A stretch of 24,610 nucleotides of DNA from a virus (IMGVR_UViG_3300032820_002549:1-24610); one strand, 5' to 3'. Positions 16,782 to 24,465 are shown, counted from the stretch's first letter. The notes: generated by a model not told the origin, from the sequence alone. A program made the numbers and translations.

Positions 16782-16854
16782 GCTGATGTAGCTCAGATGG
16801 CAGAGCAGTAGCTTTGTAAGCTTCAGGTCGTCGGTTCGATTCCGACCATCAGCT
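16782..16854 (+). tRNA. trnT: tRNA-Thr(TGT)
   Basis: Acceptor GCTGATG/CATCAGC; loop TTTGTAA; one U-U mismatch in the anticodon stem (GTAGC/GCTTC); GGTTCGATTCC. Confidence 0.92.
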
Positions 16855-16875
16855 TTTCACATAGGGAGTAATAAA

Positions 16876-17052
16876 ATGACAATAGGAGATATAATCAAGT
16901 GTGTGGCAGTAGTTTTTTACTTTGTTGGAACCAAGAAAGTGATTGATAAATATGTCGCGAATAAGGAATCACCACTAACAAAAATTCAGAAATGGGGCTT
17001 GGTCGTGGGAATGGTGATATTTACTGGAATATTATTTAGTGTTTGTGGGTAA
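16876..17052 (+). CDS. small two-segment membrane protein (58 aa, not in ORF track)
   Basis: GGGAG RBS; MTIGDIIKCVAVVFYFVG...KWGLVVGMVIFTGILFSVCG. Confidence 0.6.
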   Translation: MTIGDIIKCVAVVFYFVGTKKVIDKYVANKESPLTKIQKWGLVVGMVIFTGILFSVCG

Positions 17053-17069
17053 AAAAGTTCATTTTAACC

Positions 17070-17106
17070 TAAACCTTTTCGGCTGGAATACGTCTAATAT
17101 AGTGTA
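17070..17106 (+). promoter_or_regulatory. ECF-sigma-like promoter repeat, copy 3
   Basis: TAAACCTTTT-N11-CGTCTAATATAGTGTA. Confidence 0.65.
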
Positions 17107-17123
17107 AGAACGAAGGACAAATA

Positions 17124-17321
17124 GTGAAAGAGAAGAAACGACTCAAAACCATCAAACGGATTCAAGATCTGTCAATCACACTAGATTGTAACCTGTTTGA
17201 GATTATTCCAGTGAATGTGATGAAACAGCTTAGTCCTAACTTTAGTCGCTCTACAATGGGATTCAAATACGAACCGTCAACAAATGTTGTTGACAACACT
17301 CAAAACAAAGTTCTCAGATAA
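17124..17321 (+). CDS. hypothetical protein
   Basis: AAGGA RBS and GTG start; lies between an ECF-like and a sigma70 promoter. Confidence 0.5.
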   Translation: MKEKKRLKTIKRIQDLSITLDCNLFEIIPVNVMKQLSPNFSRSTMGFKYEPSTNVVDNTQNKVLR

Positions 17322-17333
17322 GTGAAAATAGTC

Positions 17334-17363
17334 TTGACTTTGATGTACCAAAAATGGTATAAT
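17334..17363 (+). promoter_or_regulatory. sigma70-type early promoter, copy D
   Basis: TTGACT-18 nt-TATAAT; AATGGTATAATAGTACTATAAACAATTGAGGAAA identical to copy A. Confidence 0.85.
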
Positions 17364-17392
17364 AGTACTATAAACAATTGAGGAAAAGAGAG

Positions 17393-19618
17393 ATGAAATT
17401 GACCAACAACAACAAAATTTTCAAAGATAAGCTGGCCAAACTAATGGCGACAGAGAATCTCACCGTCGAGTATGGTGAATTTGAAACCGCGGTTTTCGAT
17501 ACTGTTAATCGTGTTTTGTCACTTCCCAACTGGTCACATACGTCTAATGACGTTCACAATTTACTGGTAGGTCACGAAGTAAGTCACGCACTCAATACAC
17601 CACAATTAGATGATGATTCAGTATTCACTAATATTGATGAAGATCGCCCTCAGGTAGTCCACACGTATATGAATGTGGTCGAGGACGCACGTATTGAACG
17701 TGAGATCAAGACCAAATTCCCCGGGCTGAAAAGATCATTTTTCAACGGATATAAGACTCTGGTTGAAGAAGATAAGTTCAAAATTGAAGATCGCGATGTA
17801 TCAGAAATGAATCTGATTGACAGAATCAACCTGTTTTTCAAGGTTGGAAACCATGTCCGTGTACCGTTCAACTCAGAAGAAAAGCCCTTCCTGAATCTAG
17901 TAGAAAATACCAAAAGCTTTGATGATGTAATGGAAGTGGTCAAGGAAATCTACTCATACGCGAAGAACAAAGCCCTTGAGGAAATGAACGAAGCTGAGAC
18001 TTCCACTGAACATAGAATGGTAAGAGCTCAGACTGATGGCGATGATGAACAGTTTCCTAGTCCATCATCTGACATTAATAATGATACCGAAAAGGTAGAA
18101 TCACCAGAAGATGATGGTAATGACCAGTCTGGCGATGTAGATCAGTCCAGTGAAGAAAATTCAACCGATTCTGATTCCAGTAGTCCGAATGCTGGTGGTC
18201 AAAAAGGTGCGGATGAACTGACTGATAAACTCAATTCTGAAACGTCTGATAACCTGAAAGATTCACTTGATGACATGGTTGAAGAAAATCAGTGGGGAAG
18301 ATCAGCTTCTCCTAACTACTACTACATTCCAGAGATCAATTCTGACGGATTTGTGGTAGACCTGAAAGAAGTTCATGGTCAAATCGAGGCTTACTACACC
18401 AATGAATTAGAGGCTGACTTGGTACGTAAGGAATTCACCAAATTCAAACGAGATACTGTCAAGGTAGTCAACTACATGGCGAAAGAGTTTGAATTGAAGA
18501 AAAACGCAGAACAGATGTCACGTGCGAGTATTTCCAAAACTGGTGTAATCGACGTGAACAAGCTTCACTCATACAAGTTCAATGATGACCTGTTTCGTCG
18601 AGTAACCTCAATTCCTGGCGGGAAAAATCATGGTCTGGTGATGTTCGTTGACTGGTCTGGTTCTATGTCCGATTCAATCGGTGCGGTTATCCGTCAATCA
18701 CTGACACTCGCGATGTTCTGTAAGAAAGTAGACATTCCATTTCACCTCTATTCCTTCACTGACGCGGGTATGAAAGTTAGTCAAATCATGTCCGGCGTTG
18801 TAGAACCAAATGAATCAGATCATCAAAATTCAATCAACTATGGTCATCCTTTGGTCAACTATGACATCGGCGATTTGACAATTTCAAACTTCCGTCTACG
18901 TGAATTACTAAGTAGTAAATTGAACAACAGTTCCTTTGATAAAGCGATGTTCAACCTGTTCACCATGGCGACAAATTTGGATACTACCTACTGGAGATCA
19001 GTACCCTATAATGACTCCCTGAATTCGACTCCGTTGAACGAAGCGATCGTAATCGCACATGATCTGATTCCAAAATTCCGTAGTCACTACAACTTGGAAA
19101 AGGTAACCGCGGTTTGGTTGACAGATGGTGAATCAAATTGTAATGATGTACGGTACTATCCTGAAGATATGGAACGTCCGTCTAATATGTATTCATCTTC
19201 AGAAAGAATCGTTTCCAATAAAACAACTAAGAATCAGTATCCCGCGGGAAATCGTAATGAAATGACCAACGCCCTTCTTGAATCATTGAAGGATACTTGT
19301 GGTATTGAAACGGTTGGATTCTTTTTGACTCCCGGCCGTGCGTATAACCTACGTTACAAATTACCTCAGACAGAAGAAAATGATCAGAAGATCAAAGATT
19401 TCTATAAGAACAAGTCCGCGGTGTTTACTGATGTTCGTGGATATTCTGAGTACTATGTACTGAAATCAGGTAAGAAAGATCTTGATACGGAAAATGATAC
19501 ATTTGACATTGAACGCGGATTAAAGAAAGGTAGAATTACCACAGCTTTCAAAAAGCATACCAAAGCTCGATTGACCAATAGAGTGGTACTTAATTCACTG
19601 GTAGATGTAATCTCATGA
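17393..19618 (+). CDS. HExxH metallopeptidase-like domain + acidic linker + VWA (MIDAS) protein, CobT-like MoxR partner
   Basis: VGHEVSHALNTP and NVVEDARIE; D/S/E-rich linker; MFVDWSGSM, STPL, WLTDGES; ATG at 17393 after GAGG. Confidence 0.88.
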   Translation: MKLTNNNKIFKDKLAKLMATENLTVEYGEFETAVFDTVNRVLSLPNWSHTSNDVHNLLVGHEVSHALNTPQLDDDSVFTNIDEDRPQVVHTYMNVVEDARIEREIKTKFPGLKRSFFNGYKTLVEEDKFKIEDRDVSEMNLIDRINLFFKVGNHVRVPFNSEEKPFLNLVENTKSFDDVMEVVKEIYSYAKNKALEEMNEAETSTEHRMVRAQTDGDDEQFPSPSSDINNDTEKVESPEDDGNDQSGDVDQSSEENSTDSDSSSPNAGGQKGADELTDKLNSETSDNLKDSLDDMVEENQWGRSASPNYYYIPEINSDGFVVDLKEVHGQIEAYYTNELEADLVRKEFTKFKRDTVKVVNYMAKEFELKKNAEQMSRASISKTGVIDVNKLHSYKFNDDLFRRVTSIPGGKNHGLVMFVDWSGSMSDSIGAVIRQSLTLAMFCKKVDIPFHLYSFTDAGMKVSQIMSGVVEPNESDHQNSINYGHPLVNYDIGDLTISNFRLRELLSSKLNNSSFDKAMFNLFTMATNLDTTYWRSVPYNDSLNSTPLNEAIVIAHDLIPKFRSHYNLEKVTAVWLTDGESNCNDVRYYPEDMERPSNMYSSSERIVSNKTTKNQYPAGNRNEMTNALLESLKDTCGIETVGFFLTPGRAYNLRYKLPQTEENDQKIKDFYKNKSAVFTDVRGYSEYYVLKSGKKDLDTENDTFDIERGLKKGRITTAFKKHTKARLTNRVVLNSLVDVIS

Positions 19619-19869
19619 GCGATATCAAGAGAGATGCGATCTGTGAGATCTTATTGGAATTGGAATTGACAATCAACGAAGATTCCAATAGAGATCAGGT
19701 TGCCCAGCTGCTTCATCATCATATCGAGCAGTTGAAACAGATTCCAAATCTACCATTTACCATAGGGAAAATCAGTGGTGATTATCAATTCTCTGTCAAG
19801 GGCGAAGAAGATGAAGAAAATGATCCCAATGACCTGACAAAAAATCCCGCGGATATGATGAAAGTATGA
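19615..19869 (+). CDS. hypothetical protein
   Basis: ATGA coupling to the VWA gene. Confidence 0.65.
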   Translation: MSDIKRDAICEILLELELTINEDSNRDQVAQLLHHHIEQLKQIPNLPFTIGKISGDYQFSVKGEEDEENDPNDLTKNPADMMKV

Positions 19870-19985
19870 TAATATTACTAGGGATAGAACTATTAGTAGT
19901 AGGTCTAGTGATATATTACAGATGGGAATTGATAACAGGACTACTCACAATGTGGTGTAGATTTTTAGACAAATGGAAATTGTAA
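19866..19985 (+). CDS. small membrane protein (39 aa, not in ORF track)
   Basis: ATGA coupling; MIILLGIELLVVGLVIYYRWELITGLLTMWCRFLDKWKL. Confidence 0.55.
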   Translation: MIILLGIELLVVGLVIYYRWELITGLLTMWCRFLDKWKL

Positions 19986-20071
19986 ATTTCAAAAGAAATC
20001 TTTATTTTAAAGATGATGGCAATAGACCAAGGGCCTATACTAACACTTGGTCAAAATATTTTCGTAATTGA

Positions 20072-20668
20072 GTGGGTGATGGAGCCCACTATAAAATAAT
20101 TATTATGATAAAACTTACCGAGAGAACCTTGATAGATTTAGGTACACTTAACTTTGATCCAGCTGGACTACAGAAAGTTACTTCGCGAGGACAAGTAGCG
20201 TTAGTGGTTGATTCTAAAGGAAAGATTGATTACAATTCACCTTCAGTCAGAGGCCTCGATCAAGCTTGCCCGAGATTGGATACTTCACCTGAGTCTAAAT
20301 TGAACTTCGCTTTACTAACGGGTAGACTTGAGATTCCAGGCCATGCAATGTCAGCCCTATTAGGATCACCAGAGGCGTTTGATGAATTTGGATTGGATAG
20401 TTCACTACGAATAGAGTCGATGAAGCGTAATAAAGAAGGACGTGACCAAAATTATGTTTTTTGTTCAGCTAAGACTGGACAATTTGTAACTGATTTGGCG
20501 AAGAAGTCTAGTTGGAGTGATTGTAAACTTACTAATACTACTCATTCTAGAGGTAAAGGTAAAGGTAGAAAATCAGTATGTATAGCGAAGTTTACTCCAA
20601 AACAAGCTTGGGTACAGTATACAGAGAGTGGATTACCGATCGTTTTCTTTGATTTAGGTAAGAGTTAG
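20072..20668 (+). CDS. hypothetical protein (start may be the ATG at 20105)
   Basis: 198-aa ORF followed by a terminator; no recognisable motif. Confidence 0.7.
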   Translation: MGDGAHYKIIIMIKLTERTLIDLGTLNFDPAGLQKVTSRGQVALVVDSKGKIDYNSPSVRGLDQACPRLDTSPESKLNFALLTGRLEIPGHAMSALLGSPEAFDEFGLDSSLRIESMKRNKEGRDQNYVFCSAKTGQFVTDLAKKSSWSDCKLTNTTHSRGKGKGRKSVCIAKFTPKQAWVQYTESGLPIVFFDLGKS

Positions 20669-20675
20669 TTTTAAC

Positions 20676-20714
20676 GATAGAGTGTCACTTTCGGGTGACA
20701 CTTTGTCTTTTTTT
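20676..20714 (+). terminator. intrinsic terminator / palindromic repeat copy 1
   Basis: GATAG-AGTGTCAC-TTTCGG-GTGACACT-TTGTC followed by a T run. Confidence 0.75.
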
Positions 20715-20718
20715 AGAT

Positions 20719-20871
20719 ATGATAATTGATTGGGAAACTGTAACGGTATGTGTAATAGCTTTGGGAATGATAATTTATCTCTTGAAGGAACTTTGGGGAG
20801 TTGTTCTTACTTTCTTCGAGTTTTTGAAACTGTGTTTGGATAGCTGGAGCGATCGTGGTAAGAAGAAATAG
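20719..20871 (+). CDS. small membrane protein (50 aa, not in ORF track)
   Basis: MIIDWETVTVCVIALGMIIYLLKELWGVVLTFFEFLKLCLDSWSDRGKKK; exactly fills the space between the two palindromic repeats; no clear RBS. Confidence 0.5.
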   Translation: MIIDWETVTVCVIALGMIIYLLKELWGVVLTFFEFLKLCLDSWSDRGKKK

Positions 20872-20891
20872 TGTCACTTTTGGGTGACACT
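20870..20891. repeat. palindromic repeat copy 2
   Basis: AGTGTCACTTTTGGGTGACACT; 21/22 identical to 20681..20702. Confidence 0.9.
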
Positions 20892-20996
20892 GTTCAATTT
20901 TTGGACACTTTGAGAAATCTCAAATAAATATGGTCTTGTGGTTTCGAGTGGACGACGATTATTTTTCAGAAAAGATCAAAAAATCTCAGAAACACC

Positions 20997-21033
20997 TAAA
21001 CCTTTTCCACTGGAGAACGTCTAATATAGTGTA
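20997..21033 (+). promoter_or_regulatory. ECF-sigma-like promoter repeat, copy 4
   Basis: TAAACCTTTT-N11-CGTCTAATATAGTGTA, continuing TATGTTAAT as in copy 1. Confidence 0.65.
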
Positions 21034-21119
21034 TATGTTAATAAGGACAACCAGACACATAGAGTACCCACTGTTGACAGGGGTGTTGACGGCGATTGAA
21101 AGAAAGTTTGAAATTAGTC

Positions 21120-21149
21120 TTGACATTCACCCCCAAAAAATGGTATAAT
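21120..21149 (+). promoter_or_regulatory. sigma70-type early promoter, copy E
   Basis: TTGACA-18 nt-TATAAT with TG extension. Confidence 0.85.
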
Positions 21150-21174
21150 ATAGTATATTAAACAATAGGAAAAG

Positions 21175-21360
21175 GTGTTCCGAATGAAAAGTTTTGAGTG
21201 GGTAGAATCGACCCATAATAATGTTGTGGTACGTGTCAAAATGACAGGTCATATGAGTTTTCACTACACGCGGTTAGATCTCGCGAGTCGCGGGTTGACT
21301 ACTGATAGTCACTCTGAGTATGTTCTACCAGATGGAACTATTTTTCGATTTAATCAGTAA
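21175..21360 (+). CDS. small early protein
   Basis: AGGA RBS; GTG at 21175 or ATG at 21184; single gene between promoters E and F. Confidence 0.6.
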   Translation: MFRMKSFEWVESTHNNVVVRVKMTGHMSFHYTRLDLASRGLTTDSHSEYVLPDGTIFRFNQ

Positions 21361-21366
21361 ATAGCC

Positions 21367-21396
21367 TTGACTTTGACCTACCAGAAATGGTATAAT
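21367..21396 (+). promoter_or_regulatory. sigma70-type early promoter, copy F
   Basis: TTGACT-18 nt-TATAAT; AAATGGTATAATATAGTATATTAAACAAT identical to copy E. Confidence 0.85.
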
Positions 21397-21420
21397 ATAG
21401 TATATTAAACAATTGGAGAA

Positions 21421-22641
21421 ATGACATTGAGTAAGACGCGAATTGATCGACTGAGTACAAAAGAAAGTGTTGAAGAACTGGATCGGTATTATGATACTCC
21501 ACCCATTGAGGTTAGTAACCCAATGTTGGTCGAGGTGTTTGATAATCGCGGAATGTATTGCAGTAGAAAGATGAATCAGGTCTCAGCAGGAGCAGTCAAG
21601 GGTAAGAAAGTAGGTAAAGTTCAGTTCTACGTAGTAGACAGATCTGTCTTGGATGGCGATTCGTCAGATAGCGGCGAAAATGTTCCCGCGATTGACCCAG
21701 TAACTACGGTACTTCCAGAAGCTGCTCGTCAGACTAGCGGCGAATTGGTTGGCTCTATGGATGATGTCAGTTTTATCCCATCCGCGGATAGTACCTATAT
21801 CAAGTGGGGTCATCATTCCAAAGTTGAAAAGATTGTCAAGTCTGAAATGTTCTATCCTACCTTTGTTACAGGACTATCAGGTAATGGAAAAACTTTCATG
21901 ATCGAACAGGTCTGTGCGAAATTGAAACGTGAATGTATTCGTGTCAACATCACAATCGAAACTGATGAAGATGATTTACTAGGTGGATTCAGGTTAGTCA
22001 ATGGTGAAACAGTTTTCCATAGAGGCCCTGTGGTAGACGCGATGGAACGTGGTGCGGTTCTTCTACTAGATGAAATTGACCTAGCTAGTAATAAGATTTT
22101 GTGTCTACAGCCAGTGCTAGAAGGCAAGGGTGTATTTCTCAAAAAAATCAATCAGTGGGTCAAACCTACCAAAGGATTTACAATCCTAGCGACAGCGAAT
22201 ACTAAAGGTAAAGGTTCTGAGTCTGGTTCTTTTGTAGGTACTCAAATTCTCAACGAAGCGTTCTTAGAGAGATTCGCGATTACACTAGAACAGTCCTATC
22301 CTCAGCCAGCGACTGAGAAGAAAATGTTACTCAAACACATGGCTGAAGCTGACGCAGTAGATGATGGCTTTGCGGAGAAGTTAAGTAACTGGGCGGAGTC
22401 AATTCGCAAGACCTACTATGATGATGGTTGTGATGAAATTATCAGCACACGGCGATTGGTTCACATTGTAAAAGCTTTTGGAATTTTTGAAGATAAGTTA
22501 CTGGCGATTGATCTGTGTGTTAGTAGATTCGATGAAGAAACCAAATCGTCGTTTATGGAATTGTACACAGCACATGATGAAACAGTAGTAGTAGATAGCG
22601 AGCCGGGCAATGAGTCAACAATTGATTTTACACCATTCTAA
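21421..22641 (+). CDS. cobS: MoxR-type AAA+ ATPase (phage CobS-like)
   Basis: Walker A GLSGNGKT, TDEDDLLGG, Walker B LLLDEID, sensor I ATAN, arginine finger NEAFLERF, ISTRRLVHI. Confidence 0.9.
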   Translation: MTLSKTRIDRLSTKESVEELDRYYDTPPIEVSNPMLVEVFDNRGMYCSRKMNQVSAGAVKGKKVGKVQFYVVDRSVLDGDSSDSGENVPAIDPVTTVLPEAARQTSGELVGSMDDVSFIPSADSTYIKWGHHSKVEKIVKSEMFYPTFVTGLSGNGKTFMIEQVCAKLKRECIRVNITIETDEDDLLGGFRLVNGETVFHRGPVVDAMERGAVLLLDEIDLASNKILCLQPVLEGKGVFLKKINQWVKPTKGFTILATANTKGKGSESGSFVGTQILNEAFLERFAITLEQSYPQPATEKKMLLKHMAEADAVDDGFAEKLSNWAESIRKTYYDDGCDEIISTRRLVHIVKAFGIFEDKLLAIDLCVSRFDEETKSSFMELYTAHDETVVVDSEPGNESTIDFTPF

Positions 22642-22675
22642 TTTTTACTCAAAACCGAAAGGAGCAGTTTGCCAG

Positions 22676-22747
22676 GTGTGTTGGGGGTTCCTCCTCCCCC
22701 TGCATGCCGCCCCTGAGAAAAAAGATTGCCTAGGAGTCCCAGCACAC
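22676..22747 (+). ncRNA. candidate structured RNA element
   Basis: GC-rich intergenic stretch; GTGTGTTGGGGGTTCCT can pair with AGGAGTCCCAGCACAC (about 16 bp, G-U pairs, one bulge); alternative hairpin GGGGG-TTCCTCCT-CCCCC. Confidence 0.45.
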
Positions 22748-22789
22748 AACACTAGTATACTAAATACGCAGAAGTAAGGACATAGAGAG

Positions 22790-23626
22790 ATGAATCAAGA
22801 TCACAACATCCAATCAAGGCAGCACCTGATCAAAAAACTTCAAGACAATAAGAGGAAAGATCCTTTGAGTTATTTCCAAGATCTAAAATCACAATCTTCT
22901 TCCAAGCCATTAACGCCTCCCGAAGATGGAGAATGCTTGACACCCATAGAGTGGGTAGTCGGACTAGGATTGAAGGTAATCGAAGAAGATGCAGGAGCAT
23001 TTCTCTCCCCTGATTCTGTAAAAGATTCCGAGCTACTCAGTACTACCGATCAGGTAAAAAAATTAATCGAGAATTTTTATAGAAACGAGATTAATGATTT
23101 CGGTGACTATATCGGAAACGTAAATACAGAATTAGCTGAGAAAATTTGTCGATGGGGTCTGGAATATTTTCAACAGGGTGAATCTCCCTATGAGAAAAAA
23201 TGTATGGAACTTTATCATACAGGATCTCTGTCAATATCAAAAGTAGGAACCATAATTTCGTCTATTCCCATTTATTTCTACAGTCGGAAGTTAGATGAAA
23301 CAGTCAAGGATTCTGAGTACATAGGAAAAGTTAGTCAATCTGTCGCTGATAATTTATTTCTGAAAGTAATGGAATATGACAAAGGGGAAGAATCTGAAAG
23401 TGGACGATTGAAGTGTCGCGATAGGGATGGAAATTTTTTCGTCTTCTATACCAAGAATAAAACAATAGAAGAGCATTTAATCGAAGTCGGTGATTGCTTT
23501 ACTCTGGAAGCAAAGATCAAGGATCATGTCGAATCTCCCTATGACAGAGATTTAGAGGGAAACAGAATTCGTATCAACAAACTGAATTACGTAAAGGTAG
23601 TTAAAAATTATGGAAAACCTAAATAA
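22790..23626 (+). CDS. hypothetical protein with a probable C-terminal OB-fold-like domain
   Basis: YIGKV...DRDGNFFVFYT...VGDCFTLEAKIKDH...NKLNYVK pattern recalled from phage OB-fold proteins. Confidence 0.7.
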   Translation: MNQDHNIQSRQHLIKKLQDNKRKDPLSYFQDLKSQSSSKPLTPPEDGECLTPIEWVVGLGLKVIEEDAGAFLSPDSVKDSELLSTTDQVKKLIENFYRNEINDFGDYIGNVNTELAEKICRWGLEYFQQGESPYEKKCMELYHTGSLSISKVGTIISSIPIYFYSRKLDETVKDSEYIGKVSQSVADNLFLKVMEYDKGEESESGRLKCRDRDGNFFVFYTKNKTIEEHLIEVGDCFTLEAKIKDHVESPYDRDLEGNRIRINKLNYVKVVKNYGKPK

Positions 23627-23945
23627 TAATAGAATCAAGGTCAAGTTTATGAATCCTCTTTTAGAGATCGACATCTTTGGCTATAGTGTCGAAGATACCA
23701 AAAGATTTTTCAACACCATTCTCAGGATTGACAAGGAACGAAATAATATTGAGAGGAAAGTTACAGAGGATACACTGGAATTGAAATTGACGGACAGTGC
23801 GGGTGGAATTGATCCATTAATAGACGAAGGCAGCCCGTTGCCTTTTAGTAGTGTAGAAAGAGATCGTACGCCTGATCCAGCGGACGTTCACGGAGAAGGT
23901 GGATTATTTGAGGCGAGTACACGGCATAAGCCGGAGGAACATTAG
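23610..23945 (+). CDS. hypothetical protein
   Basis: 111-aa ORF overlapping the upstream gene end. Confidence 0.65.
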   Translation: MENLNNNRIKVKFMNPLLEIDIFGYSVEDTKRFFNTILRIDKERNNIERKVTEDTLELKLTDSAGGIDPLIDEGSPLPFSSVERDRTPDPADVHGEGGLFEASTRHKPEEH

Positions 23946-23947
23946 GA

Positions 23948-24082
23948 ATGGATAAGTTTGAAATTATCATACACTTAGTTACAGTCGCGGTTACATCAGT
24001 AATGGCCTACTTTTTAGGTTCTATACATGGTGAATTCAAAGGCATGGATAAAGTAAGGGAGATTTATAATAAGAATGATTGA
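23948..24082 (+). CDS. small membrane protein (44 aa)
   Basis: GGAGG upstream; MDKFEIIIHLVTVAVTSVMAYFLGSIHGEFKG... Confidence 0.6.
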   Translation: MDKFEIIIHLVTVAVTSVMAYFLGSIHGEFKGMDKVREIYNKND

Positions 24083-24233
24083 GATAGGATTATTCGTTTT
24101 TAACCTTGTGCTGATTTCCGTATGTATGTCTGTGTCCTATAAGATGGGTCGTAGTATGGGAAAAACAGAAGAAAGGAATAGAGCATGGCATCAAGATTTT
24201 GATGAAAAATGGGAACAGTTCAAGCGGTCATGA
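24075..24233 (+). CDS. small membrane protein (52 aa)
   Basis: MIEIGLFVFNLVLISVCMSVSYKMGRSMGK...; overlaps the upstream stop. Confidence 0.6.
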   Translation: MIEIGLFVFNLVLISVCMSVSYKMGRSMGKTEERNRAWHQDFDEKWEQFKRS

Positions 24234-24358
24234 ATCGTAATAACAAAGTTTACGCAGCTATGTGGGTTTGGGTAGGACTAGGAATTTCTCTAGTCCTGCT
24301 ATTTGGCCTAGGAGTCACATTGATTATTATTAGATATGTTATAGGACTACTAGGATGA
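24230..24358 (+). CDS. small membrane protein (42 aa)
   Basis: ATGA coupling; MNRNNKVYAAMWVWVGLGISLVLLFGLGVTLIIIRYVIGLLG. Confidence 0.6.
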   Translation: MNRNNKVYAAMWVWVGLGISLVLLFGLGVTLIIIRYVIGLLG

Positions 24359-24465
24359 TGAGAATATTCGCGTGGATTGTCGGAACTCTTTTATTTTTAG
24401 GGGTCTGTATTATTGCTAGTGTTTTATTACAGTATGTTGATACATTAGATATGATGGGGTATTAA
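24355..24465 (+). CDS. small membrane protein (36 aa)
   Basis: ATGA coupling; MMRIFAWIVGTLFILGVCIIASVLLQYVDTLDMMGY. Confidence 0.6.
   Translation: MMRIFAWIVGTLLFLGVCIIASVLLQYVDTLDMMGY

Noticed and set aside
16611-16811. 66-aa + strand ORF
   Set aside because: Entirely overlaps the tRNA-Ala/Asn/Thr genes
16782-16854. U-U mismatch in the tRNA-Thr anticodon stem as a pseudogene sign
   Set aside because: Single mismatch; all other arms and conserved bases are intact
19973-20668. 32-codon ORF (19973..20071) ending in TGA, in frame with ORF 20072..20668: possible readthrough or recoding
   Set aside because: TGA, TAG and TAA all act as normal stops in conserved genes here; no SECIS-like hairpin or suppressor tRNA seen; a one-in-three frame coincidence suffices
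20930-21148. 72-aa + strand ORF
   Set aside because: Runs through two promoter repeats and has no RBS; most likely non-coding
8220-21396. Dispersed repeats as a CRISPR array
   Set aside because: Spacing is hundreds to thousands of bases with genes in between, the repeats have promoter architecture, and there are no cas genes
25-22151. All minus-strand ORFs in the track (e.g. 25..252, 4075..4314, 9620..9844, 17650..17943, 21852..22151)
   Set aside because: Short antisense shadows of well-supported + strand genes; no RBS, promoters or motifs on that strand
21421-22641. Cobalamin biosynthesis role for the cobS-like gene
   Set aside because: No cobN or other cob genes in the window; a generic MoxR AAA+/VWA pair explains it
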